Shown: positions 37,895-51,615 of the stretch, one piece after another
Numbering within the stretch: the stretch's first letter is position 1
Layout: each line of letters starts with the position of its first letter
Assembly (NCBI GenBank): GCA_951406725.2
Contig: OX597815.1
Span: 4,960,001 to 5,024,000 of the forward strand
Direction of reading: 5' to 3'
Length of the DNA: 64,000 bases
Origin: Octopus vulgaris
Taxonomy: Eukaryota
The notes under the pieces: generated by a model
Database searches by the model: none
The model's input: only the letters and a program-made list of their open reading frames with translations
What the model was told of the DNA's origin: nothing
Program-made: the position numbers and the translations under genes

Positions 37895-38550
37895 GTGTCT
37901 ATATGTGTGTCAATGCGTGCCTCCATATGTGTGTGTGCGTATGTGTGCATTGTGTGTGGTGTGATGTGTGTGTGTGTGTGTGTCAATGCGTGCCTTCATA
38001 TGTGTGTGCGTATGTGTGCATTGTGTGTGGTGTGATGTGTGTGTGTGTGTGTGTCAATGCGTGCCTCCATATGTGTGTGCGTATGTGTGCATTGTGTGTG
38101 GTGTGATGTGTGTCTATATGTGTGTCAATGCGTGCCTTCATATGTGTGTGCGTATGTGTGCATTGTGTGTGGTGTGATGTGATGTGTGTGTGTGTGTCAA
38201 TGCGTGCCTCCATATGTGTGTGCGTATGTGTGCCTTGTGTGTGGTGTGATGTGTGTGTGTGTGTCAATGCGTGCCTCCATATGTGTGTGCGTGTGCGTGT
38301 GTGTGTGTGTGTGTCTATATGTGTGTCTATATGTGTGTCTATGCGTGCCTCCATATGTGTGTGTGCGTATGTGTGCATTGTGTGTGGTGTGATGTGTGTG
38401 TGTGTGTGTCAATGCGTGCCTCCATATGTGTGTGCGTATGTGTGCATTGTGTGTGGTGTGATGTGTGTGTGTGTCTATATGTGTGTCAATGCGTGCCTCC
38501 ATATGTGTGTGTGCGTATGTGTGCATTGTGTGTGGTGTGATGTGATGTGT
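37895..38550. repeat. GT-derived minisatellite, ~65-75-bp variable unit
   Basis: Unit gtcaatgcgtgcctccatatgtgtgtgcgtatgtgtgcattgtgtgtggtgtgat(gt)n, about 9 copies. Confidence 0.9.
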
Positions 38551-38634
38551 GTGATGTGTGTGTGTGTGTTGGGTTTAGTCTTGGCAACGTGTTATCTTTC
38601 GTTTTCGACACTTCACCACTTCGCCTTCTTTCCT

Positions 38635-38729
<95 letters not shown>

Positions 38730-38790
38730 CGTCCACGTACAAGTTTGTACGCGCACGTAACGTGATCATGTATGTGTGTATATCCACGTG

Positions 38791-38862
<72 letters not shown>

Positions 38863-38970
38863 TGTAAGTGTATCTACATGTATATGCGTATGTGTGTAGT
38901 ACGGCGTGTGTGAGAGGGCCTTACCGTTCCTTGTGTGTGTTTGTGTGTGTGTCTGTGTGTGTGTGTTTGT

Positions 38971-39016
<46 letters not shown>

Positions 39017-39339
39017 ATTATCATTCCTTGGTTCCAGCAACGTGGTGTGAAATTTCATTTAATTACCTTCGGGGAAAAAGAATTCATTAGAAATAAAGAA
39101 ATATGACTTTGGCGGATCATTTCCTCCTCCTCCTTCTCCTCTTCCTCCTCCTGATTCCATACTTCCCCCTTTTCCTGCTCTTCCCTATCCTCCTTCTCCG
39201 CCTCCCTTTCCCCCCTCCTCAGCTGACTCTACAAGAAAAACAAAACCTATATTAGTAACACAACACATCTCTACCAATGTCACCTTTTCGACTTTACATA
39301 TTGATTGATTTTTTCCATTTGGTTTTATAATTATTCATT

Positions 39340-39912
39340 TCGACTCTAGGCACAAGGCCCGAAATTTTGGAGGAGGGAGCGCCAGTCGATTAGATCGACC
39401 CAAGAACGCATCTGGTACTTAATTTATCGACCCCGAAAGGATGAAAGGCAATGTCGACTTCGGCGGAATTTGAACTCAGAATGTAGAGACAGACGAAATA
39501 CCTTTTTCTTTAATACCCTCAAGGGGCTAAACGCAGAGAGGACAAACAAGGACAGACAAATGGATTAAGTCGATTACATCGACCCCAGTGAGTAACTGGT
39601 ACTTATTTAATCGACCCCAAAAGGATGAAAGGCAATGTCGACCTCGGCGGAATTTGAACTCAAAATGTAGAGACAGACGAAATACCTATTTCTTTACTAC
39701 CCACAAGGGGCTAAACATAAAGAGGACAAACAAGGACAGACAAACGGATTAAGTCGATTACATCGACCCTAGTGCGTAACTGGTACTTAATTTATCGACC
39801 CAAAAGGATGAAAGGCAAAGTTGACGTCGGAGGAATTTGAACTCAGAACGTAGGGGCAGACGAAATACCGCTAAGCATTTCGCCCGGCGTGCTAACGTTT
39901 CTGCCAGCTCGT
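39340..39912 (-). mobile_element. Family B SINE trimer (184-bp period)
   Basis: gaaatacc junctions at ~39501, 39685 and 39868; a single head at ~39870-39912. Confidence 0.85.
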
Positions 39913-40436
39913 CATCTTAGTAATACAATTATTAAAATTACTATGCGAAGGGCGCGTGGCATAATGGTTACGGTGGTGTACTCGCTATCAATAGATTGAG
40001 AGTTCGTTTCCCGAACCGAGTGGCGCGTTGTGTTCTTGAGCAAAACACTTTATTTCATGTTGTTACAGTCTAGACGGATGTAACCGGCGACGGGGTGGCA
40101 TGTCGACCTGTTCGCTGAGCCATCGGGGTGGTTTCAGTCGAAAGCTAAAACGAGGTAAAGCGCTATGTGACCAACGAGGAATAAAAACATATGATAGACT
40201 CGTCGAGCATCGATCACAGTTTTCTCTACCTCTTTTACTTGTTTCAGTCATATGACTGCGGCCATGCTGGAGCACCGCCTTTAGTCGAAGAAATCGACCC
40301 TAGGACTTATTCTTTGTTAGACTAGTACTTATTCTATTGGGTTTCTTTTGCCGAATTGCTAAGTTACGGGGACGTAAACACACCAGCAACGGTTGTCAAG
40401 CGATTTGGAGGGGGGGGGGCAAAGACACACACACAC

Positions 40437-40478
<42 letters not shown>

Positions 40479-40480
<2 letters not shown>

Positions 40481-40687
40481 CGGGAAGCTTTATGAAAATA
40501 AACAAAAGACGAAGGCAGGTGGAATACAAACAAACAATTGTATTAGTATGGCGCTGAGGAATATAAATAAAACAAGTCTTTTACGTTTCGAGCCTACGCT
40601 CTTCGACAGAAAGATACACAGAAAAGAAACACGGAGAGAAACAAGGAGAGAAAAAAAATGCGTGCAGAAGCTAGCGATTCAACATGG

Positions 40688-40690
<3 letters not shown>
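40479..40690 (-). mobile_element. (TA)n-flanked ~210-bp element with a variant hammerhead
   Basis: Minus strand tcttt-ctgtcga-a-gagc gtag gctc-gaaa-cg-ta-aaaga (40577-40614). Its end aacgggaagctttatgaaaataaacaaaagacgaa also occurs at 29690-29724. Confidence 0.65.
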
Positions 40691-40738
<48 letters not shown>

Positions 40739-40832
40739 AAAAAAGGTTTGAAAATGCAATTTAAACGATGTTTATTTACTTAACCGGTTTCACTCTTTGG
40801 TAAAAGATTGTCAAAAGTTACATTTAAGGAAA

Positions 40833-40970
40833 CATTGAATAATATGGGTTCAAAAAAGTTTTTTACATAATTGTCACATTGAATATTATGCATTCAAAAA
40901 AGTTTTTTACATAATTGTCACATTGGATATTATGAATTCAAAAATGTTTTTTTATACATAATTGTCACAT
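40833..40970. repeat. Tandem 44-bp repeat x3
   Basis: cattgaatattatgcattcaaaaaagttttttacataattgtca at 40833, 40877 and 40921. Confidence 0.9.
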
Positions 40971-41709
40971 TACATGTATAAATATAGTGTTTGGTAACAG
41001 AGAAGTTCAATAGTGTGATGAGAATATTTGGGAAAATTTGGCAGAAAAGGATATGTGGGTGCGTTGTGTGTGGGTGTGTGTGTTCTGTGTGTGTGTGTGT
41101 TGTTTGTATGTGGTGTGTGTTTGTATACTATGTGTGTGTGTGTGTGTGTTCTGTGTGTGTGTGTGTTGTTTGTATGTGGTGTGTGTTTGTATACTATGTG
41201 TGTGTGTGTGTGTGTTGTTGTGTGTGTGTGTGTTTGTGTGTATATATATGTGTGTGACAAACAGACGCTATCTGACCAGCAGGCACGGACACATCTATTC
41301 ACACCCGCATACTAACCTCCTGATAACCCCAAAATCATTCATGCATAAAGGGGAAGTATACACCACATTGGCTACTTCTTCTGTTCTCTCAGTTCAGCCT
41401 TTCTGCTAATACTGACGGGTCAGTAAAAACATACTTAAAATATTCTGAGATGTACAAAAAATCCATTTTAATTTTTGCTGTCAAAACGCTGTATATATAT
41501 ACCAAAGATTGTATATATATACATGTAATATGACAATTTGCGACAACCAATAATTAACGCAACCAATTCCCAATAATATATTTGTTTTATCCCTCGTGCG
41601 ATACCCCACAACTCAACTTTTTTATATATATATATATATATATATAAATATGTATACGACATGTATGTATGTTTGTATATATGTATGTTTGTATGCATGT
41701 ATGTATATT

Positions 41710-41741
<32 letters not shown>

Positions 41742-41901
41742 TGTATATATGTATGTATAGGCGCAGACGTAGCTGTGTGGAAGAAGCCTGCTTACCAACT
41801 ACATGGTTCCGGGTTCAGTCCCACTGCGTGGTACCTTCGGCAAGTGTCTTCTACTATAGCCCCGGGCCGATCAGGTTAACGGAAACTGAAAGAAGCCCGT
41901 C

Positions 41902-41936
<35 letters not shown>

Positions 41937-41939
<3 letters not shown>

Positions 41940-43181
41940 TAAGTTATATTAATGTAGGTTCATGCCATCCCCCTATAGTATTCAAAAATTTAGTTAAAAA
42001 TATTAGTAAGAGGATTTCTAGCCTCTCATCTAATGAGGACATCTTCAATAGCGTTGCCCCAGTTTATAATAAAGCTTTAAAAGATAGTGGTTTTAGCGAA
42101 AAAATAAAATATACACCTATCACCAGCCCAACAGTAAGGAAAAGGAATAATAGAAATAGGAAGGTCATCTGGTTTACGCCCCTTACTCACCCGAGGTGGC
42201 CTTCAATATAGGTAAATATTTCCTAGCACTGATAGATAGACATTTTCCAGTTAACCATGCTTATAGGAAACTCTTCAATAGACACAATTTAAAAATTAGT
42301 TTTAGTTCAACTACCAATTTTAAAAACATAATCAATCATAACATACAAAAAACACAAGAAGAAAACAGCTGTTCATGCAGGAATAAAGAAGTGTGCCCGC
42401 TAAATGGAGCTTGCATGTCCAAGACCATCATATATGAAGCTACCGTAAACTCTATAACCACTAAAGACACCGTTTCGACGAAGAAATACGTGGGCCTGAC
42501 AGAGGGTAATTTCAAGGCCAGGTTCAATAACCACACTTTGAGCTTTAGGCACTGGAACAAAAGAAAAGCGACACAATTATCCAATCATATTTGGTCTTTA
42601 AGAGATAAAGGTGTCGATTATAACATACAATGGAAAATTTTGGCCAGATGTAAGCCCTACACTAACGGCAGCGGAAGGTGCGGTTTATGCGACATGGAGA
42701 AATGGCTTATCTGGAAAAGCAGCTTAGACCCTACCACATGTCTAAATACAAGGACAGAGCTTTTCGGATCATGCCCACATGTGACTAAATTTCTGTTACG
42801 TTTTTGGTCCCCTAAAGAAAACGGATAGAACATGCTTTCTGTGTTATGTCCCAAGAAGATTTTATATATTTTTATATATTTTTATATATTTTTATGTATT
42901 TTTATATAATTTTTATGACGAAAAATGCGAGCGATGTATAAGTACGCAGGCAAAGCAGAGTTATAACAGAGTAATTTCCCTTCATTTTTAACGGTATTTT
43001 TTCATAACGTTTTCAAATAGCCAGATAACCGAAGAGATGGTGTTGTGGATTTCCACTTCGGCATCTGAAACTCAGAGTTTTATCTTGACTACAGAGTAAT
43101 GTAACATATTGTATAGATAAATTTCCTCTATTTACATAATATTGAGGTCTCTTTCTTTCTTTTGTTATCTTACCGTTTTAT

Positions 43182-43185
<4 letters not shown>
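41937..43185 (+). mobile_element. 5'-truncated Penelope-like element (RT thumb, GIY-YIG and pLTR) inserted in (TA)n
   Basis: YINVGSCHPPIVFKNL..ISKRISSLSSNEDIF, a frameshift near 42190, then CSCRNKEVCPLNGAC..IIYEATV..KKYVGLTEGNFKARFNNH..CGLCDMEK..LNTRTELFGSCPH. (TA)n on both sides. Confidence 0.9.
43023..43085 (+). ncRNA. Hammerhead ribozyme in the Penelope pLTR
   Basis: AGAUAA-CCGAAGA-GAUG..CAUC-U-GAAA-CUC A GAG-UU-UUAUCU; the core has a U4C variant. Confidence 0.7.
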
Positions 43186-43242
<57 letters not shown>

Positions 43243-43680
43243 ACGTGTGTGCGCGTATAGATTTGTGTGTTTGTGTCTGTGTTTTTCCCCTCGCTTAGCA
43301 ACCGATTGTCTTCCCGTCCTGACAGCATTCTGCAAGCTACGTTGCCAAGTCAGCTTATTAGAAGCATAGTAATGCTATACCAAAATCTCATTAATCTACG
43401 ACAATCATAACTTCCTCTCCTGAAAAAGTCTCAAATGTTCTGGAATGCACTTCGTACAACACCGAAATAGACGGAATTAAATTGAACAAATTACCGAAAT
43501 GGAATATTTTACTTATTTATAACTTGACGATAAGCAATATTGTTTTGTGTGGAAGTCCTCCCTTAGCTCCCCCCCCACCGCCACATCCCTTACAACCAAT
43601 CGCTTTCTCTGTGTGCGTGTGAGTGCACCATTAGCGTGTGTTTGTGTGTGTATGTATGCATGTGCGAGTAGCATTCATGT

Positions 43681-43714
<34 letters not shown>

Positions 43715-44369
43715 CCCACGCACACACTTTCACCCTCCCCTTTCCACAGCGCCATATTGTTTATACCACAGGAATTTATCGTCTGCGCTTTATAATGTCC
43801 CAGAGTTTTCTTTTTGTTCGTCATTCCATTTCTTTTTTAAAAATTCCATAACAGATAATGGAAAATGTCACCGATCGAAAGAAATTATCACAGTTTTCCT
43901 GCCGTCGCCGGTTGAGAAGTAGACCTGCATAAGAACAAGACGATTGTCGATTCAAAATTTTGTACCCCGAAATGCTTTAAGTGCAGCGCAGCAAGCTAAC
44001 AAAACCAGATGTTCTCTAATTAGGCGATGTCGCATGCTGAGATAAAATGGAGAGTTGTACCATACAGGACATTCATTAATAATTTAGTCAACTGAGATTT
44101 TATGGCTGCGTAAAGCGAAACGCCAACTCTTAAAAATGAAAGACCAATACATCAGCAATGGCTGCGTAAACTGGTTGTAAAATTTACATGTGGGAAATGT
44201 CAATTTTTATGCATCGTTTTGTATACACTCGCACGTAGGTGCAGGTGTGGCTGCGTGATAAGACGTTTGCTTCCCGACCACATGGTTTCAGATTCAGTCC
44301 CACTGCGGCACAACGTGGGCAAGTGTCTCCTACTAGAGCTTCGGGCCCCTTTGTTGCCGTACACACTCG

Positions 44370-44795
44370 CTAGCTGGATCTTTTCACTTTGACCGGCAGA
44401 TTTAAAAAATAATTTCTTTGTAACTAAACACTTTTAAACTTCGTATACTGGTAGAATGTGTTACATAAAGCATCGTTTTCTCTTGGCTTTCTTGAGAAAA
44501 TTCTGTAGTTTGTAAGCTATTTGTTGTTAAAGTTCTTGCATTTCGGCAATTTCAACCAATCAATGACGTCTATTGAAGTGAATACAATTTCTGCTGTTGT
44601 TTGTCAACAACTTCCTGCGGTCTCTATTTAGTTTGTCACTGTTATTTATGACATATTTCATATCAGTCACGTTCGTATGAATAAAAGATTGTGGGGTTAG
44701 GGTTAGGGTTAGGGCTAGGTGTGGGGGGAAGGGTTTCTTTTTTCTTCAGAAATGTAAATAAACCCACGTGGGTTTCTAAGTGACAGCGCCGGAAG
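44370..44795. mobile_element. Probable non-autonomous DNA element containing (TTAGGG)3
   Basis: ggggttagggttagggttagggctagg at ~44694-44719; hairpin aaacccacgtgggttt near the end. Class not determinable. Confidence 0.4.
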
Positions 44796-45431
44796 CATAC
44801 TGCAAAGGAATATTCCAGGTGAAAATCCATGATTTCACGAAATTTATGGAAGTATTAAGGGTGTGATTTTAGGCAGATTTAGCTGTTATTCCTAGCAAGT
44901 GGAACGGCCAGACAGAAGCATTTAACAACCAAGAACCCGCATTAATATTGTCTGAAAATTTATCACAAGGCCAGAAATTCTAAGAAGAGGGACAAGTCAA
45001 TTACATCAACCCCGATGCTCAGCTGGTACTTTATTTTATAGGCCCCAAAAGGATGAAAAGTAAACTTGACTAGGGTGGAATTTGAACTCAGAACGTATAG
45101 TGCCAGAAGAAATGCCACTGAGCATTTTGTCCCACGCGCCCACAATTCTACCAGTTTATTGCCTCGAGATTTTAAGTCAGTATGTAAGCCTATATAATAA
45201 GGCGGTGAGGTGGCGGTATCGTAAACATGTCGGGCAAAATGCTTAGCGCCACTCGGTCCGCCTTTATGTTCTGAGTTCAAATTTCGCCGAGGTCGACTTT
45301 GCCTTTCATCATTTAGGGCCCGATGAAATAAGTACCAGGTGATCACTGGAGCCGATGTAATCAGCTTACTCTCTCCTCGAAATTCGTGGCCTTGTGCTAA
45401 AATCTGAAACCAATACTAAATTAAACCTGTA

Positions 45432-46538
45432 CAGTAATCCATCGACTATCGCGGCTATTACGTTCTAAAACCTCCCACAGAAATAATTAAGATCTAAAAA
45501 ACTATAAATACCTATCGGCCGCAGAAACCCGCGATATACTGAGGAGACCGTGATATAAATTTACATATATTTGACAGAAAAATCCGTGATGTACTATGTG
45601 CACGATCGGGGAACTGCAATGTACGTAGTGCGCGCTATGTGAACCGTGATGTACTGAGTGCGCGATGGGTGATCCGCGATGAACTGAATTACGCGGTAGG
45701 TGAACCTCGATGTACTCAATGCGTGATAGGTGAACCACAATGTACTGAGTGCGCGATAGGTGAACAACGATGTACTGAGTGCGCGATAGGTGAACCACGA
45801 TGTACTCAATGCGTGATAGGTGAACCACAATGTACTGAGTGCGTGATATGCGAACTGCGATGTACTGAGTGCGCGATAGGTGAACCACGATGTACTCAAT
45901 GCGTGACAGGGGAACCACAATGTACTGAGTGCGTGATATGCGAACTGCGATGTACTGAGTGCGCGATAGGTGAACCACGATGTACTCAATGCGTGACAGG
46001 GGAACCACAATGTACTGAGTGCGTGATATGCGAACTGCGATGTACTGAGTGCGCGATAGGTGAACCACGATGTACTCAATGCGTGATAGGTGAACCACAA
46101 TGTACTGAGTGCGTGATATGCGAACTGCGATGTACTGAGTGCGCGATAGGTGAACCACGATGTACTCAATGCGTGATAGGTGAACCACAATGTACTGAGT
46201 GCGTGATATGCGAACTGCGATGTACTGAGTGCGCGATTGGTGAACCGCGATGTACTCAATGCGTGATAGGTGAACCACAATGTACTGAGTGCGTGATATG
46301 CGAACTGCGATGTACTGAGTGCGCGATAGGTGAACCACGATGTACTCAATGTGTGATAGGTGAACCACAATGTACTGAGTACGTGATAGGTGAACAGCGA
46401 TGTACTGAGTGCGCGATAGGTGAACAGCGGTGTACTCAATGTGTGAATGGTGAACCACAATGTACTGAGTGCGCGATAGGTGAACAGCGATGTACTGAGT
46501 GCGCGATAGATGAACCGCGGTATAGCGAGGGATTAATG
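45432..46538. mobile_element. Pogo/Tigger-like MITE with TA TSD, expanded by an internal 30-bp satellite
   Basis: ta|cagtaatccatcgactatcgcgg ... ccgcggtatagcgagggattaatg|ta form imperfect TIRs. Confidence 0.75.
45585..46520. repeat. 30-bp minisatellite with a 90-bp higher-order repeat
   Basis: Three alternating variants: tgaaccacgatgtactcaatgcgtgatagg / tgaaccacaatgtactgagtgcgtgatatg / cgaactgcgatgtactgagtgcgcgatagg. Confidence 0.95.
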
Positions 46539-46824
46539 TATATTTAAATCTATCGTTTAAGAAATTATTTACGAAAGAAGTGCTTTTGAACTGTTGTTCT
46601 CTATAGCAGTTAGTTTCTGTGGACGGCTAAGTCTACCGAAGAATTGTTCTAATGCTGCTGTTATTTTACTAACAAAGTGCCACAGTGTAGCTACGGTGAC
46701 ACAGGGCGCACGAAATGACACCGTTTCACTGTGCCAAGTGCGATTCCCAATCAATTTTCTCCATCATGAATATTAATCTCTTATTCCGCACCACCTTCAC
46801 AATGGCTCTTTTGAATTCCCTGCA

Positions 46825-47177
<353 letters not shown>

Positions 47178-47802
47178 AAAGACCATTCAGCCTTTAACCA
47201 TGTAATTGTATTAACCACACTGCTTAGTGTATTTCGTTAAATTATTTCTCATTAAAAACCCCAGAACTAATACGATGAAAAAGTTGAAATAAGGATTCGC
47301 ATTCATTAAGCTAAAAATGCTAATTAAAATAACAATCAACAAGCAACAACATAAACACTAAAGCAATAAAGCCTATCCGTTAGTTTTTTTCTTCTATTTT
47401 TTTTTTGTGTTTCCAATGTGAAGGATTTTAAAATGATTGCGTTTTGACCAGGTGTAGTAAGTTTTTAAATTAAATTTCCATAAAATTTAATCATCTGTTT
47501 ATTTTAATCAATTTTGCTTTAAACAATTTTCTTTTTTGTGAAATGTTTTAAATGGTTTTTATTTGTAGAAGTGAGGTGGCGAAAAATGTGAGATACGTCG
47601 TTAGAAGCTGAAAATATCTTGAATATTGCGTGTCAGGTGAATTCTTTCCTTCTTTTTTTTATTTACCGTTTATTTTAATCAACAGTTTTAAGAAATCTGT
47701 TGATGAAAGAGTACCGAGAACTCTTGAAATATGAACAAACAACCATTACCTATCTTTTCTGTCTCTGATCTCATTGTTTCCATAAACGTGTTCGTTTACG
47801 AA

Positions 47803-48596
47803 AGGCGGCGGCGAGCTGGCAGAAACGTTAGCAAGCCGAGCGAAATGCTTAGCGGTATTTCGTCTGCCGTTACGTTCTGAGTTCAAATTCCGCCGAGGTC
47901 GACTTTGCCTTTCATCCTTTCGGGGTCGATTAAATAAGTACCAGTTACGCCCTGTGGTCGATATAATCGACTTGATCCGTTTGTCTGTCCTTGTTTGTCC
48001 CCTCTGTGTTTAGACCCCTGTGGGTAGTAAAGAAATAGGTATTTCGTCTGCCGCTACGTTCTGAGTTGAAATTCCGTCGAGGTCGACTTTGCCTTTCATC
48101 CTTTCGGGGTCGATTAAATAAGTACCAGTAACACACTGGGGTCGATACAATCGACTTAATCCGTGTGTCTGTCCTTGTTTGTCCTCTCTGTGTTTAGCCC
48201 CCTGTGGGTAGTAAAGAAATAGGTATTTCGTCTGCCGTTACGTTCTGAGTTGAAATTCCGTCGAGGTCGACTTTGCCTTTCATCCTTTCGGGGTCGATTA
48301 AATAAGTACCAGTAACACACTGGGGTCGATACAATCGACTTAATCCGTGTGTCTGTCCTTGTTTGTCCCCTCCGTGTTTAGCCCCTTGTGGGTAGTAAAG
48401 AAATAGGTATTTCGTCTGCTGCTACGTTCTGAGTTGAAATTCCGCCGAGGTCGACTTTGCCTTTCATCCTTTCGAGGTCGATTAAATAAGTACCAGTTAC
48501 ACGCTGGGGTCGATACAACCGACTTAATCCGTGTGTCTGTCCTTGTTTGTCCCCTCTGTGTTTAGGCCCTTGTGGGTAGTAAAGAAATCGGTATTT
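47803..48596 (+). mobile_element. Family B SINE tetramer: one head plus four 184-bp units
   Basis: ggtattt unit starts at 47854, 48038, 48222, 48406 and 48590; flanking direct repeat gtttacgaa (47794-47802, 48597-48605). Confidence 0.92.
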
Positions 48597-48689
48597 GTTT
48601 ACGAACCGTTTTAACTTGCAATGCCGACACTAAATTTTATAGATAATCTATAGAGATGAACTTAAAAAATATTTCCACTCATAAAATCA

Positions 48690-49030
48690 ACAAAAAGAGC
48701 GGACTTAATCTTATGGAACACAGAACGGAAAATTGGAATTTTTCTAGAGCTGACAGTCCCAGGGGAAGAGAACAGCGCTAACGCAGAGCAACGGAAGGAG
48801 AGGAGGTACGAGAGATTAATCGAAAAGTGCAGAGAATAGGGATGAACTGTCGAGTATTACCAACCTGGCAGTAGGGGTTAGGGGTTTTACTGAAAGGAAA
48901 ATGGCTACGTTATTTAAAAGTAGGTTTGCATTTTCGAGCTCAGAGCTGAGAAAAGTAATAAAGTAATGAAGAGGATACAGGAGGTAGTCATCTATATATG
49001 GCTGAAGCGAGAAGACCCAAAATTGCTTGA
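48690..49030 (+). mobile_element. HERO-like RLE non-LTR fragment
   Basis: RADLILWNTERKIGIFLELTVPGEENSANAEQRKERRYERLIEKCRE..AVGVRGF..IWLKRED, with stops and frameshifts. Confidence 0.75.
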
Positions 49031-49578
49031 AAGCCATAACATGCCGACTGGGAAATAGCGTCGCTAGGTGAGGCTGGCTGGTTGGCTGACACTTAAGCAG
49101 CATCGCTGATTAACAGGTAGGCTAAAGAATCGGTCTTGTTTATAGCGCACATACCTCCTGGTTCAGAGGCTTGTACCACCAAACAGCTGGTCGGCTCTGG
49201 CTGCTGGAACTGAAACTAACACGACACTGTTGGTTGGTTGAAGCCTAGACAGTGTCACGTGACAGCTGGTGCTGTCTGATGGAGCCTACCAATGAGTATT
49301 TAAAGGGAAATGTGTAGGATGGTCAGTCGCCCGCTGACATTCGTTGACGCTGCATTGAAGAAACCAAATAAAAAAAAAAAAAATTGAGAAAGAAGACACG
49401 CACTCAACACCAGAGCTGAAGACATCTCCGAAAGGAGGGACCCCGCTATGTTGAAAACGGTAGAGGAATAGGGGCTAAAACTGGACGTGGTTCCTCTTGC
49501 TGATATCTAAAGCCACTGGATCCTATAAAGGAGCTGTTGAGGTCGCGAACCACGAAGTGTGGTTGGAATTCCTCCTAT

Positions 49579-49742
49579 AGGCGTAGGAGTGGCTGTGTGG
49601 TAAATAGCTTGCTTATCAACCGCATGGTTCCCGGTTCAGTCCCACTGCGTGGTACCTTGGGCAAGTGTCTACTACTATAGCCTCGGGCTGACCAAAGCCT
49701 TGTGAGTGGATTTGGTAGACGGAAACTGAAAGAAATCTGTCG

Positions 49743-49776
<34 letters not shown>

Positions 49777-49814
49777 TGTATGTATGTATGTATGTATGTA
49801 TGTATGTATGTATG

Positions 49815-49907
<93 letters not shown>

Positions 49908-50112
49908 GTGTGAATATGTTTGTGTGTCTGTCCCCCCCCCAACATCGCTTGACAACCGATGCTGGTGTGTTTACGTACCCGTAACTTAGCGGTTCGGCAA
50001 AAGGGCCCGATAGAATAAGTACTAGGATTACAAAGAATAAGTCCTGGAGTAGATTTGCTCGACTAGATGCGGTGCTCCAGCATGGCCGCAGTCAAATGAC
50101 TGAAACAGGTAA
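49579..50112 (+). mobile_element. tRNA-derived SINE, family A (full length)
   Basis: Head, internal (GTAT)/(TCTA)/(GT) microsatellite and tail are all present. Confidence 0.9.
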
Positions 50113-50119
50113 AGCGATA

Positions 50120-50345
50120 AACTTTAAACATTCTATTTCATAGTTGACGACTTCTTTTCAACGATTTGGTAGCTTGTCAATTCCTTGACTAAAGAAATCA
50201 GCGGGTCTTGTGTTGAAGAATTCATCGAGCCAGGTTTTAGCACAAGTGTCTTGAGTGGCTTTTGACAGCTTAGCAATCTTCAGTGAAAGCGAAGTGAAAG
50301 AGGTGTCAAAGAAGCTCATTGTTTTCTACCCGGCATCGTCTTAAA
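50120..50345 (-). pseudogene. Internally deleted mariner remnant
   Basis: Minus strand AKTWLDEFFNTRPADFFSQGIDKLPNR*KEVVN (mariner C-terminus) joined to an N-terminal HLFHFAF-like piece. Confidence 0.7.
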
Positions 50346-50381
50346 CATACCGACACCAGCTGCCAAGCGGTGGTAGGGGAC

Positions 50382-50598
50382 AGAAACGTTAGCAGGCCGG
50401 GCGAAATGCTGAGCGGTATTTCGTCCGCCGCTGCGTTCTGAGTTCAAATTCCGCCGAGGTCGAATTTACCTTTCATCCTTTCGGGGTCGGTAAATTAAGT
50501 ACCAGTTACGCACTGGGGTCAATGTAATCGACTTGATCCATGTGTCTGTCCTTGTTTGTCCCCTCTATGTTTAGCCCCTTGTGGGTAATAAAGACATA
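50382..50598 (+). mobile_element. Family B SINE with TSD
   Basis: Flanked by the direct repeat ggtggtaggggaca. Confidence 0.85.
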
Positions 50599-50700
50599 GG
50601 TGGTAGGGGACAAAAACAGACAGACACACGCACATGCATGCAAACGCACGCACACACACACATACACACACGCGCACACACATGCACATACACATGCACA

Positions 50701-50744
<44 letters not shown>

Positions 50745-51144
50745 TCTATTATATTAGTAGTCGCTCGGTGAAAGGAGAGAGTTTTTAAAGTTTCGAGTAA
50801 TGGCTCTTCGTCGGAAGGGAGAAAGGAAAAAGCCCAAAGAAGAAGGAAAATCTCCAACGGTCCACGTATGGTTACATGCCTGGAATGACCGGAAGTGGAA
50901 GGAGATAGAGAAAGTGGGCTTTTGAGATAGATGAGTGTGAAGATGGTCAGTATGTGTGTGTGCGCGGGTATGGTAGTGTGTGTATGGTAGTGACTGTGAC
51001 TGTATATGGTTGCGTGTGTGTGTGTAGAGGTATCTGTGTGCGTGAGGGTTAGTGTGTTTATGTGGCTCGAGAAAGATGTGTGAATGTGTGTGCGTGTGTG
51101 TTTGCGTGTGTGCGTAGACGAAATGGAAAAGGTGTGTGTGTGTA

Positions 51145-51450
51145 TGTTGTTTGTTCCTTCTCGAGCCATGCTTGGCTCATTAGGGCCGGTTTCCCTGTTT
51201 CCTTGGCGTATAGGTTCCCCACCTGGACGGGACGCCGGTCCGTCGCAGGTGAGCTGCAAGATGCAGGAGGAAAAAGTGAGAGAAAGTTATGGCGAAAGAG
51301 TCAGCAGAAATTCGCCTTTAGCTTCTGCCGGAGCCGCGTGGAGCTTAGGTGCTTTGCTCATAAACACACACATTGCCCGGCCTGAGATTCGAACCCGTGA
51401 TCTCTCGACCGCGAGTCCGCTGCTCTAGTCACTAGGCCATGTGCCTCCAC
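51145..51450 (-). mobile_element. Family C SINE with V-domain-like body
   Basis: Near-identical to 6225-6528. Confidence 0.85.
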
Positions 51451-51510
51451 TGTGTGTATGTGTGTGTACGTGCGTATGATTGCGTGTGTGTCCCTCTGTG
51501 TATCATTCTC

Positions 51511-51542
<32 letters not shown>

Positions 51543-51558
51543 TGTATGTATGTATGTA

Positions 51559-51615
<57 letters not shown>

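Noticed and set aside
45502-46547. Cys-rich or repeat protein ORFs and a CRISPR-like periodicity
   Set aside because: A head-to-tail 30-bp satellite without unique spacers, lying inside MITE TIRs; eukaryotic context and no cas genes.
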